Shown one piece after another: positions 8,659 to 17,356 of a stretch of 64,000 nt of DNA. Both the position numbers and the translations under genes were made by a program. The notes beneath the pieces were generated by a model. That model saw nothing but the letters and a program-made list of their open reading frames with translations, searched no databases and had not been told where the DNA came from. The stretch lies in sequence record PP496444.1; one strand, given 5' to 3'. Position 1 is the stretch's first letter; each line of letters starts with the position of its first letter.

Positions 8659-11208
8659 TTAGATCAGGTTTGCTTTACGGATGAAGCAGCAAGGGATGTC
8701 AATGGTCAAGGAAGACGCAATACCTGTGGCCGTGAACATCGGACGGAACTCGATAGCCAGTGAGGCTGGAACCGTAGCTGGAACTGTGTAAGGCGCCGAC
8801 AGGGAAACCCCGGTGAAAGCCTCTACTACGGAAGCAGGCATCATGTTGTCACCACCCAACGACAGACCACCGTATACACGATCTGCTGCAACGTTCGGGT
8901 CGATCATCACGGTCGGAGCCGAGAAGTTCACGTGACCCGCAGCGGCTACAACCTCGTAACCAGCGACCAACACGTCACCCGGCGAGCAACTCGGTGCAAT
9001 GCTTGGGGTACGCAGGCGTACATACGCGTTGGTGGCCGTTGTGGTGCCTGACACGACCATGCGATATGCGCCACGGCCGTCTGCCAGTGTTACAAAGCTA
9101 CCGACTACGGTGAGACCGTTGGACGTGGACAGGGTGTAGTTGGTTGGAACCACACCAGTTGCACCTGCACCCAGCGTACCCGTAGTACCTTGCATCATCG
9201 GGTTGGAGTTGAGGCAACCGCCGGGGTTGGCTACAGCATCGAACAGGTCGCCGTTGGACGATGGCACCCAGTTGGCAGGTGGTACGAACTTGATCAGTTC
9301 CTGTGCACCGAGCTTACCTGTGAGGTAACCGATACCTGGACTGTTGTGCAGGCCGTCTTGGTTGATCATGTTCGGCAGTGGAATGCCTACCAGAGCAGCC
9401 GGATCAACGGCACGAGGCCATACGTCGATGACGGTGATAAGCGGGTCAGCACGCAACGATCTGATCCAGTTAGCGTAACGGTACATCAGCTTGTAGGAAT
9501 CAGACGACATGTAACCTGTGGTGCCTACAACGGTGCCATAACCACGAGGCCATTCAGCGATGATGCAGATCTTCTTGCCCAGATCCTTGAATTTCTGGAT
9601 GATCGCCAGCAAGTCAGACTGCATGCTTGCCAGAGGAATTAGGGAGTTGATGCTGTTGGTGCCGATCAGGATCAGAGCAATGTCGTAACCTGCCGAACTC
9701 GGCTTCATGCCGTAGGCGTTGGCTACGTCACCGATTACTCGGTCTTTCAGGTTGGTAACGCTGTCGCCCGATACGCCAAAGTTGAAAAGGTGGTTACGTA
9801 GGAGCCGACCGTGAGACAGGGTCTGAATCCACCATACTGGACTTCGAGCCAGAGGGGCTGGAACTGTCAAGCTGGCGTACGATTCGTTCTGGTAGGTCCG
9901 GCTGTCACCGAATACGGCAATGGTGCGCTGAGGCGTAGTGAGCCAGCCGGGCAACCCATCTTTGCCGTTCGTGCCATTAGTCCCGTTCGTGCCATTGGTG
10001 ACTGTAGGCGCTATTACCCACGCACCGTTCTTACGTTGATACGCGTTGGTATCCTTTGGTGCATCGAGGAGATAGTTACTCAGGTCTTGAGCAGTGTACG
10101 GCGTCCACGTCTTCCCTACGGCCAGATAGGATTTGCCATCCTCTGGTGCCGATGGCATCAGCCCATCCAGATCTGTTTTGCTTGCCAGATTAGCAATTTC
10201 GGTCTTGGTCGCTGCGGCGGATACGCCCTGACCCAAAGTACTGAGCGAGTTAGCCAGACCGTTGATCGTGTTGATCTCTTGAGTACCCGTGTGAGTACCC
10301 CGGTCACGAAGGCTGGCGTCCGTATCGTTCTTGGTGGCGCCGACGGCAATACCCGTGAGCTTGTCTTTGTCGGCGGTTACGTAGGCGTTGGTGTCCGGGT
10401 TGCTTTCGTACAGGGTCTTAACCTGTGAAGCCGTCAGCGGGGTAGAACTACTGGAACTCAAGATCCACTTGCTGTCCGAAGCGTCCCAGATATACCGGGT
10501 GGCATCCGCGCCCGCAGTGTCTACATCGGCGTAGTTACCTGCAACCGGGTTGGCTACCCCTGCGGTAAGCGCGGACAGCGACGTGAACGTACCTCGGAAC
10601 ATCGGGCCTTCAATCCCGGCCAGCTTGGTCTTCTCCGATTGGGTGAAGTTGGCCTGGGACAGCGAGTAGCCCGTCTGCTTTTCTACCTTGGTGTCCATCA
10701 AGTTCTGCAAGACGGCCCGCACGTAGGCATCGTCATAGTTGAACAGGTTGGCCAGCTTGGTCTTCTGCGCTGCATCGAAATCGTTGGTGGACAACGCCTT
10801 GCCGGGAACAACGGCGACCGCACCGATGTCGGAGGCCTTACTCGGGATATACGGGGCGTCTACCAGATCCTCGAACAATCCGGAAATGGCTACCTTGGCG
10901 AGTCCGGGAACAGTACCTGAACCGCCACCCGATCCATCGCCTGCAGCCACTGCCGCCGCCGTACTGGTACTGATCGAGGGGTCCATAACTCGACGATGGA
11001 ACTCGTCTGCGGTGGCGTAGGAAAGGATAGACTCTTCAGAACAAGCAAGCCAACCCCGTGCTACTTGAGCCCGCAGCATCTCGAAACTTTTCAGTAAGAA
11101 TCTTTCAGTGGGGTAGAAGAACCGACCCTCCGTCAGCGTAGTCCCCTCGATGGATAGTCCCTTCGGGGCGGATGCCGTTCGTTTAAAGCCAATAGATGAT
11201 GCTGCCAT
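8659..11208 (-). CDS. modular fibre/spike protein with foldon-like and collagen-like segments, SGNH hydrolase and C-terminal beta-sandwich
   Basis: Fibre motifs (LAKVAISG..DL, GKALSTNDF..QKTKL, LRDRGTHTGTQ); DAPKDTNAYQRKNGAWV; (GTN)n GKDGLPG; SGNH blocks FGDSRT, GVSG, IGTNS, DGLH. Confidence 0.8.
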   Translation of the reverse strand: MAASSIGFKRTASAPKGLSIEGTTLTEGRFFYPTERFLLKSFEMLRAQVARGWLACSEESILSYATADEFHRRVMDPSISTSTAAAVAAGDGSGGGSGTVPGLAKVAISGLFEDLVDAPYIPSKASDIGAVAVVPGKALSTNDFDAAQKTKLANLFNYDDAYVRAVLQNLMDTKVEKQTGYSLSQANFTQSEKTKLAGIEGPMFRGTFTSLSALTAGVANPVAGNYADVDTAGADATRYIWDASDSKWILSSSSSTPLTASQVKTLYESNPDTNAYVTADKDKLTGIAVGATKNDTDASLRDRGTHTGTQEINTINGLANSLSTLGQGVSAAATKTEIANLASKTDLDGLMPSAPEDGKSYLAVGKTWTPYTAQDLSNYLLDAPKDTNAYQRKNGAWVIAPTVTNGTNGTNGTNGKDGLPGWLTTPQRTIAVFGDSRTYQNESYASLTVPAPLARSPVWWIQTLSHGRLLRNHLFNFGVSGDSVTNLKDRVIGDVANAYGMKPSSAGYDIALILIGTNSINSLIPLASMQSDLLAIIQKFKDLGKKICIIAEWPRGYGTVVGTTGYMSSDSYKLMYRYANWIRSLRADPLITVIDVWPRAVDPAALVGIPLPNMINQDGLHNSPGIGYLTGKLGAQELIKFVPPANWVPSSNGDLFDAVANPGGCLNSNPMMQGTTGTLGAGATGVVPTNYTLSTSNGLTVVGSFVTLADGRGAYRMVVSGTTTATNAYVRLRTPSIAPSCSPGDVLVAGYEVVAAAGHVNFSAPTVMIDPNVAADRVYGGLSLGGDNMMPASVVEAFTGVSLSAPYTVPATVPASLAIEFRPMFTATGIASSLTIDIPCCFIRKANLI

Positions 11209-11344
11209 TATAATCTCCAGTTCGGTCCTAACTGCGTGTATTGTCTATACCACCTTTTATTAGGTGGGACGGAATGCCCGAAAACAAATCTGGGAAATAA
11301 CGTCCGGATTTAACCTGGTATGCGTGTAATTAGGTGGTTCAGAC

Positions 11345-11378
11345 AAATAAAAGCCCGCACGGCTGGGCCAATGCGGGC
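11345..11378 (-). terminator. intrinsic terminator
   Basis: GCCCGCA / TGCGGGC hairpin plus TTTTATTT just after the stop at 11384. Confidence 0.75.
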
Positions 11379-11383
11379 GATTA

Positions 11384-12598
11384 TCATGCAGCAGGTACTG
11401 GGTCCCAGCTCACCTTGAACAACTTGCCGAGGTATTTGACAACCCGGCTGTAGTTCTTGGATTCTTCCATAATGCCGATCACGTAGTTGAGCACGTCACC
11501 GCGAATCTGCGACTGACTCCACGCTTGTGGCACACCTTTCATATAGTCCAGTGCTTTGCCCTGCATCCACTTGGCGCTGACGGCGGAATGCAGCGTCAGG
11601 TTAGTGTTGCCCGTATCGGTCAGCTTGATCGCACCCAAGTCTCGCAGGACCAGTATCAAGGTGTTCATCGACCGGTAACTCGGCAAGTCCATCTTGCGGC
11701 ACACCGCTTGCACCGTGGCGAAGTCGATGTACTCTTTGGGTTTGAACATTTCCGCAGGCTTCGGGTAACCATCGATAGCCTTGAACGGTTCGTAGTACGG
11801 CCCTCTGGTGGGCACTGGTTCCGTTTCTGGTTCCTTGTCCATGGAGCTGACCAGGTCGTCAATCGCTGCCGGGCACATGGGATCTTCGCGCAGTGGCTCG
11901 CTGACGATGGTAGCCAAGACCTTAGGGGTGGTCTCCGCTGGTTCTTTCGCGGACAGTGGCGGCGACGGATCAACGGCCAGCACCGGCTCGGGAACTTCCG
12001 GTTTTGCCGGGGCCACCGGCTTCGCAGGCTGCGTTTTGGGGCGCTTTGTGCGTTTCGCCGGGGATTGTGCCGGTTTCGGGACTTTGTTCAAGGCGGAGCG
12101 TTTTACGGGCTTGCGTGTGGCGAGCATGATGTCAAGCGTGTGCTTGGTCTTTGGACACTCACACGCGTTCATCAGGTCAATGATTGTGCTGATCGGCAGC
12201 ATCATGCTCTCAGCTTGCACATCACCGTCGGGAATCTTGATCGCTTTGTTCTGGCCGGGCTGACGCACCACTTCATAATGCAGCAGGTTATCAGCCAGTC
12301 CCGGAATGTTGGCCCAGTACTCACAGACGGCTTTGATGTCATCGTGAGTCTTAGGCAGTTGAAGAAGATGCTTGCGCAGGGAAGCGCCGGAGTAGTTGAG
12401 CCCGCAAGACTTTAGTGCCGAAGCAATCTGCTCGAACGAGGCGCCATACGTACGCATCCTGACAATACCCGGTAATGCCTTGTCCAACAACAACTGTACT
12501 TCTTTTCTTACCTTACGCGGACCATCGTAGTCGTAGTCTTCTGCCAGCTTTAGGAACTGGTCAAGATCGAACTGTGGTTTATCAGTTGTGTCTTTCAT
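11384..12598 (-). CDS. hypothetical protein; N-terminal helix-turn-helix-like region, Pro/Lys-rich linker
   Basis: GASFEQIASALKSCGLNYSGASLRKHL is HTH-like; 404-aa ORF. Confidence 0.75.
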   Translation of the reverse strand: MKDTTDKPQFDLDQFLKLAEDYDYDGPRKVRKEVQLLLDKALPGIVRMRTYGASFEQIASALKSCGLNYSGASLRKHLLQLPKTHDDIKAVCEYWANIPGLADNLLHYEVVRQPGQNKAIKIPDGDVQAESMMLPISTIIDLMNACECPKTKHTLDIMLATRKPVKRSALNKVPKPAQSPAKRTKRPKTQPAKPVAPAKPEVPEPVLAVDPSPPLSAKEPAETTPKVLATIVSEPLREDPMCPAAIDDLVSSMDKEPETEPVPTRGPYYEPFKAIDGYPKPAEMFKPKEYIDFATVQAVCRKMDLPSYRSMNTLILVLRDLGAIKLTDTGNTNLTLHSAVSAKWMQGKALDYMKGVPQAWSQSQIRGDVLNYVIGIMEESKNYSRVVKYLGKLFKVSWDPVPAA

Positions 12599-12698
12599 TT
12601 AGGGTAGTCTCAATGTGGGGAGGAACCTACCCTCTCCATTATACGTGTGGGTGAAAGAGTGGCCTACGCATTGCAGGTCCACCCCGGTTGCTTCGGTG

Positions 12699-12986
12699 TT
12701 AATCGACTCGTACGTTGACGACGGTTACGCCTTCGTATTCCTTCAATCGTTCTATGAAGGTAGATGCTATCTCTTCGGTGGGCACGAAGAGCATATCACG
12801 GGCCACAGTTTCCACCGCGAAGAAGTTGGCATCCGTTTGTACCGAAAGGACCGAAGCCCCTGACATAGAAGACCGATGGGTACTCGCTTCTGTGCCTACA
12901 TCTACGGTAGTGCGAAGCGTGACGCTATACATCTTTGTCACTACGCCTTGTTCCGGCTCAAGTCTCCCAGCTGGCTTATCATTCAT
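12699..12986 (-). CDS. hypothetical protein (95 aa)
   Basis: ORF track 12699..13091; ATG 12986 overlaps the recA end. Confidence 0.6.
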   Translation of the reverse strand: MNDKPAGRLEPEQGVVTKMYSVTLRTTVDVGTEASTHRSSMSGASVLSVQTDANFFAVETVARDMLFVPTEEIASTFIERLKEYEGVTVVNVRVD

Positions 12987-14538
12987 CTTCTTCCACTTCC
13001 TCTTCTTCCTCGTCCAACCCAGCGCCGGACAAGTGGTTGAAATACAACTCCAGGCCACGACCCGAAGAAATCTGAGCGGCCAGCACTTCACGGATGTCGA
13101 AGTCTTTAACTTCCCATTCCGCCGTCAGTTCCTTGCGCGCCTTGCCTTTGAACAGGACCAGTTGTTTAAGGTCCTCCCACGTCAAGTCCAGCTCAGGGAT
13201 AGACTTGCTGTCGGCATGCAGCGTGAAAGACTTCATGTTGCCGGACAGCTGGCCGGTCATACGCAGGTAGTACCACGTGTCCCAGACCGGATCGAAACCA
13301 CGACCTTTACCAGTGGCGTCGCTGATCCACAAGCGCTGCCAGATTTCAAGGTTGTCAACCCCGTACTTGTTCTTGATCGCCTTCATGTTGATGAAGCGAT
13401 AAGTGTCTGTACCGGACGCACCTACGCTTGGTTCTTCCATCGTGGCGCCAGTGGCCGAGATGAAGTCCGGGCAGGATCGAGGGGTCTGCATGATCCGTGC
13501 ACCGGTGGCGTGCTTGATCGCCATGCCGCCAGGTTCATAGTTCGGGTTGCCCATTCGCATGCCCGGATTCTGACGGATCTGGTTGATCGACACCACGGTC
13601 GCCATCTTCTTACGGAGTCGGCCCCACACCTTCTTGATGTGCTTGGAGTGCATACGTGCATCCAGAGCCATACCCCGGCTACCGTCACCGTCTTCCCCTT
13701 CGTCTTCCTCGGTGGTCATCGAGGCAATGGAGTCGAGCAGGATAAGGCACTGCATCATGCCGCCGTTGGGCGACTTCATCCGCAGCTTGCCTTTGTAGAC
13801 GGTGTACTTGCCCTTGAACTTGCTCATGTTCTCTTTGGTGCGGTCATACAGCAGATACCACTCGCCGTTGATATGCACCTTGTCGGGCAGCTTTTTCAGG
13901 ATCGACGACATAACCTTGTAGAACTTCTCGCCCGACGATTCGTTGTAGTAACGAACGCGAGGTGGAACGACGTAGTTGCCTTTGTCGTCCTTCACGCCGA
14001 ACATACGCTTCATGCTGATCTTGATGCCTTGAGCTTCGAGCATGTTGACGATGTAGTCTTCGGCACCGGTGTTCTCATAGTCCCACCAAAAGGACATTGG
14101 AACGCCAGCCAAACAGATGGAACCCAACCACGACATCAGGTTGGTGGACTTGCCCGAGCCTTCCGGCCCTGAGAAGTTGTACCAGCCGCCGGGATAGATA
14201 CCACCCGCCAGCATTAGGTCGGTGCACAGCATCCCCGTGGACACTCGCCCTTCCCGGAGGATCTCCAAGTCCGATACACCTTGGACGATGTTGAAGTGTT
14301 CCTCCACCTCGTCGATCATGGCGGTGACGCCCATCATCTCAAGGATTTCGTCTACCATGTCTTCGCGGGACTTGGCAGGTGGTTCAGCTTTTGCAGCAGA
14401 TGCTTTGCTGGCCCCACGCTTGGCGGGTACCTTGGCATCCTCGATCAGCTTCTCCGCGAGGGCACTGACCTTTTTCTTGGCGGCTACTGTCGCCGTCTTG
14501 ACGGGTTTCGGCTTAGCTTTGGTAGTGGCTGCTGCCAT
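12979..14538 (-). CDS. recA: RecA/UvsX-family recombinase with basic N-terminal and acidic C-terminal extensions
   Basis: VSTG..DL.L.GG; Walker A GPEGSGKST; Walker B ILLDSIASM; ALDAR; INQIR; GG.AIK. Confidence 0.92.
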   Translation of the reverse strand: MAAATTKAKPKPVKTATVAAKKKVSALAEKLIEDAKVPAKRGASKASAAKAEPPAKSREDMVDEILEMMGVTAMIDEVEEHFNIVQGVSDLEILREGRVSTGMLCTDLMLAGGIYPGGWYNFSGPEGSGKSTNLMSWLGSICLAGVPMSFWWDYENTGAEDYIVNMLEAQGIKISMKRMFGVKDDKGNYVVPPRVRYYNESSGEKFYKVMSSILKKLPDKVHINGEWYLLYDRTKENMSKFKGKYTVYKGKLRMKSPNGGMMQCLILLDSIASMTTEEDEGEDGDGSRGMALDARMHSKHIKKVWGRLRKKMATVVSINQIRQNPGMRMGNPNYEPGGMAIKHATGARIMQTPRSCPDFISATGATMEEPSVGASGTDTYRFINMKAIKNKYGVDNLEIWQRLWISDATGKGRGFDPVWDTWYYLRMTGQLSGNMKSFTLHADSKSIPELDLTWEDLKQLVLFKGKARKELTAEWEVKDFDIREVLAAQISSGRGLELYFNHLSGAGLDEEEEEVEEDE

Positions 14539-14561
14539 GGAGATGTACCTGCGTCGTAAAT

Positions 14562-14603
14562 AAAAAATGGGGCACCGACCAGCGAACCGGCAGATGCCCC
14601 ATT
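14562..14603 (-). terminator. intrinsic terminator
   Basis: AATGGGGCA / TGCCCCATT hairpin followed by TTTTTT on the - strand. Confidence 0.8.
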
Positions 14604-14619
14604 AGGGTTGCGCAACAAA

Positions 14620-14796
14620 TCACCTGGATGACTTGCGGCGCTTCGCTTTGACCGTACTCACCGCCTTAAAGCCGGGCTTATTGTAGTCCGGTCTGGCATC
14701 GGCGGCGAGGTTGAACAACCCCCCGCTGCTCGGGTCAAAGCCTTTGGCGGATCGGCTTTTCGGCTTACCGCCGCCGACCTTACCGCCGGCCTGCAG
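14620..14796 (-). other. 58-codon in-frame open extension after the TGA of the acidic protein (candidate readthrough segment)
   Basis: Hand translation LQAGGKVGGGKPKSRSAKGFDPSSGGLFNLAADARPDYNKPGFKAVSTVKAKRRKSSR*; no convincing own start; ends just before the terminator. Confidence 0.5.
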
Positions 14797-15606
14797 TCAC
14801 TCGATGTCGAGATCGATTTTCAGCTTTTTGGCCGCTTTGAGGATCTTGTCCTTACCGGCTTCGACAACCTTCTCGGCGATGGCGTCGGTGTCGTCTTTCT
14901 TGCCGATGGTGATCTTCAGCGCTTTGGCCAGCGACTTGAGTTCGTCTTCGTCGAGTTCTTCGAGGGCGTCTTGGAGTTCTTCTTCCTCCTCCTCTTCCTC
15001 CTCGTTTTCTTCCTCTTCTTCCTCGGACTCCTCGCCCAGTTCGATGTCCAGCTCTTCAGCTGCGTCACGAACGTCGTCTTCGTCTTCTTCGAGCAGCTTC
15101 TCGATGATGGCCGCTTCGTCGTCCTTCTTGCTGAGCTTGATTTCAAGCTCTTTGGCCAGCTTTTTCAGGTCGCCGATGTCGAGTTCTTCGAGTTCGGCTT
15201 CGAGGTCGCCTTCCTCTTTCTCCTCTTCTTCCTCCTCCTCGTCTTTTTCTTCTTCCTCTTCCTCGGACTCCTCCAGTTCGAGTTCGATGTCCAACGCGTC
15301 AGCCGCGTCTTCGATTTCGTCCTGCGTCGCGCCTTCGGCCAGCGCTTCGGCCATGGCTTCTTCGTCAGCGCCCTTGGCGAACTTGACCTTAAGCTTTTTG
15401 CCCAGCTGTTTCAGTTCGTCTTCTTCCAGCTCGGCCAGCGCTTCGATCAAGGCTTCCTTGTCGTCGCCGCCGTCTTTTTCATCACCGCCGTCTTCATCGA
15501 GCTCTTCAGCCAGCTCGATGATTTCCTTGAACGCCGCCTTGGCTTTCTTGTCCTTGGTTGCTTCCATTGCTTCTTCGGCCAGTTCAACGATTTTTTCAAC
15601 AGACAT
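14797..15606 (-). CDS. hyper-acidic protein with three Rho-N/HeH-like repeats
   Basis: ALAELEEDELKQLGKKLKV / ELEELDIGDLKKLAKELEI / ALEELDEDELKSLAKALKI separated by poly-E tracts; SD GAGGA. Confidence 0.85.
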   Translation of the reverse strand: MSVEKIVELAEEAMEATKDKKAKAAFKEIIELAEELDEDGGDEKDGGDDKEALIEALAELEEDELKQLGKKLKVKFAKGADEEAMAEALAEGATQDEIEDAADALDIELELEESEEEEEEKDEEEEEEEKEEGDLEAELEELDIGDLKKLAKELEIKLSKKDDEAAIIEKLLEEDEDDVRDAAEELDIELGEESEEEEEENEEEEEEEEELQDALEELDEDELKSLAKALKITIGKKDDTDAIAEKVVEAGKDKILKAAKKLKIDLDIE

Positions 15607-15704
15607 GATACATCCTCATTACTGGTAGGGTGCCAACTAAGGCTCTTTAATCAACGGGGCGCCTTTTGGCTCACCCCGTTATATGAATGATTTACAGCGG
15701 TTCT

Positions 15705-16787
15705 TCAGCGACGACTTGAACGCGTGGATCTTGTCGAAGTTTTCTCTTTGTCGCGGCTGGTACGGCTGCTGCGTTCCGACCGGCTCGACGTTGATTTACC
15801 GGACTTCTCCGGCTTGTCAGCTTTCGCAGTCTTTTCGCGGCGGGAAGTACGCTCCGGCTTCTCTTCACGGCTGCTGCGCTTGCTGCCTCGCAGTGGACGA
15901 TCCGATTCACGTTTACGCTTGCTGCCCCGGTCGAGATCCTTACCGGCTTTCCCTTCCTCTTCCTCGACTTCCTCAGCATCAGGAGCCTTGGATTCCAAAC
16001 TTGCCACTTCCTTTACAGCATCTGCATAGGACATTGGCTGGTCGAGGTTGCCGAGGATGTCCCACTGCAGATACTTCTGCTCGGTACGGCTCAGCGGGGT
16101 ATGGCCTGTGCTGGAGTCCAGCTGCACGTCATACATATCCGACGCCGACTTCGCGTCTTTGTCGTACGACACCAGCAGGTCACGACCGAACTCGGGATCA
16201 CCCAGCGGCATGATCTGCACGCCCTGCTTGGTTTTCACCTTGTTAGTGTCTTCCAGCTTCTTGATCTTGCCAGCGATGCGGTCAGTAACCCGCATGACGC
16301 GAACCGGGGTCCACGAGGCGCTGTTGATGTTGTCCACGAAGCCGGTCTTCTTCTCGTTGGCCGAGTGTTCTGGGACGCGCTTCGGCTCGCTGTCTTGCAG
16401 TTCCCGCACAATTACCGGTACGTAGTAGTACTTCTTGGTCTGCTTGGGGTTGCTGATATCAGCGAACGGGCATTCGATGGTGGTGTCGAAGGTATCCGCG
16501 TCCCGGTCGAAGTTCAACGGGGTATGCGAGATATTGAACTCACCCTTCGGTGTAACGATCTGGATCGCATACACCACCTCTGGAATCGGATCACCGACGA
16601 TACGCACAGCGATGAAAGCACCACCTGGCGGGTATTCCAGCATCTTCACTTTCTTGTTGAAGTACACCCGCTTGCCGCCGGTCTGGCCAGCATTGGTCGC
16701 ACCGAAACCTTTACGAGCCGGGGCAGCACCAACGCTACCACCTCCGCCAGTACGGGTACGACCTGTTCTTGCACTGTCACGTGCCAT
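15705..16787 (-). CDS. gp32-like single-stranded DNA-binding protein with Arg/Ser/Lys-rich C-terminal tail
   Basis: AVRIVG..; CPF; YYVPVIVR; LGDPEFGRDLLVSYDK..MYDV resembles the gp32-like D.TDPE.GRD....YD pattern; near recA. Confidence 0.65.
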   Translation of the reverse strand: MARDSARTGRTRTGGGGSVGAAPARKGFGATNAGQTGGKRVYFNKKVKMLEYPPGGAFIAVRIVGDPIPEVVYAIQIVTPKGEFNISHTPLNFDRDADTFDTTIECPFADISNPKQTKKYYYVPVIVRELQDSEPKRVPEHSANEKKTGFVDNINSASWTPVRVMRVTDRIAGKIKKLEDTNKVKTKQGVQIMPLGDPEFGRDLLVSYDKDAKSASDMYDVQLDSSTGHTPLSRTEQKYLQWDILGNLDQPMSYADAVKEVASLESKAPDAEEVEEEEGKAGKDLDRGSKRKRESDRPLRGSKRSSREEKPERTSRREKTAKADKPEKSGKSTSSRSERSSRTSRDKEKTSTRSTRSSRR

Positions 16788-16819
16788 GGGACATCCTCTT
16801 TCGGTTAGCTTACATCCCG

Positions 16820-16826
16820 TATTTAC
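16820..16826 (-). promoter_or_regulatory. candidate phage promoter motif GTAAATA (also 21713-19, 26294-300, 57362-68)
   Basis: Same 7-mer 32-69 nt upstream of four - strand starts. Confidence 0.4.
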
Positions 16827-16846
16827 AGGATCTGATTTGGGGTGGA

Positions 16847-17356
16847 TTATTTCGGATCTGAAACTGGCTGCATATCCATCAATTTACCGGACACCAGTAC
16901 AAACACCTCAAGGAAAGCGCGGGTGACCACGTTCTTCTTGCGCTGGGACTCTTGAATCTGCAGCATGGAGTGGAAGACGGCTTCCCGCAACGACGCCGAG
17001 TTACTAAGAGCAGCGTCGAAATACTCGGTAAGAGCCATACCCTCCAGAATCTTGAACGGAATACCCGTGGCCTTCCATTCAACGGGCAGGATCATGGAGT
17101 CTTTGTCGCCCATATAATTAGGCCAGCCCGACTTACCCAGATTGGGAACGTACACCGAAGCGGCATCCAGACCGGACTTGCCAATCTCGGACAGCACACG
17201 ATCCACCTGCATGTCGAACCACGCCCGCAGCGTAGGGTCCATGGCCTCGAACTGGGCAAGGCTCATGGTGGACAGGATCACCGGGGTCAGCGCTGTCTCG
17301 TTCGTGAACACCGGCAGTTCTTTATCGAACGGTGAGCTCTCGTCAGGATTGAACAT
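16847..17356 (-). CDS. hypothetical protein (169 aa)
   Basis: ORF in a co-oriented run, overlapping the upstream gene end. Confidence 0.7.
   Translation of the reverse strand: MFNPDESSPFDKELPVFTNETALTPVILSTMSLAQFEAMDPTLRAWFDMQVDRVLSEIGKSGLDAASVYVPNLGKSGWPNYMGDKDSMILPVEWKATGIPFKILEGMALTEYFDAALSNSASLREAVFHSMLQIQESQRKKNVVTRAFLEVFVLVSGKLMDMQPVSDPK

Noticed and set aside
12715-14172. 485-aa + strand ORF and similar long antisense ORFs (e.g. 11525..12415, 14711..15628, 21590..22453, 34036..35181, 46590..48017, 55631..56779, 58977..60077)
   Set aside because: They lie antisense to well-supported genes; such shadow ORFs are expected in GC-rich coding DNA and show no motifs
14556-14562. GTAAATA on the + strand as another promoter copy
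   Set aside because: Part of the U tract of the - strand terminator, with no + strand gene downstream
14950-15300. TCC/TTC trinucleotide runs as a repeat array
   Set aside because: They simply encode poly-Glu tracts of the acidic protein
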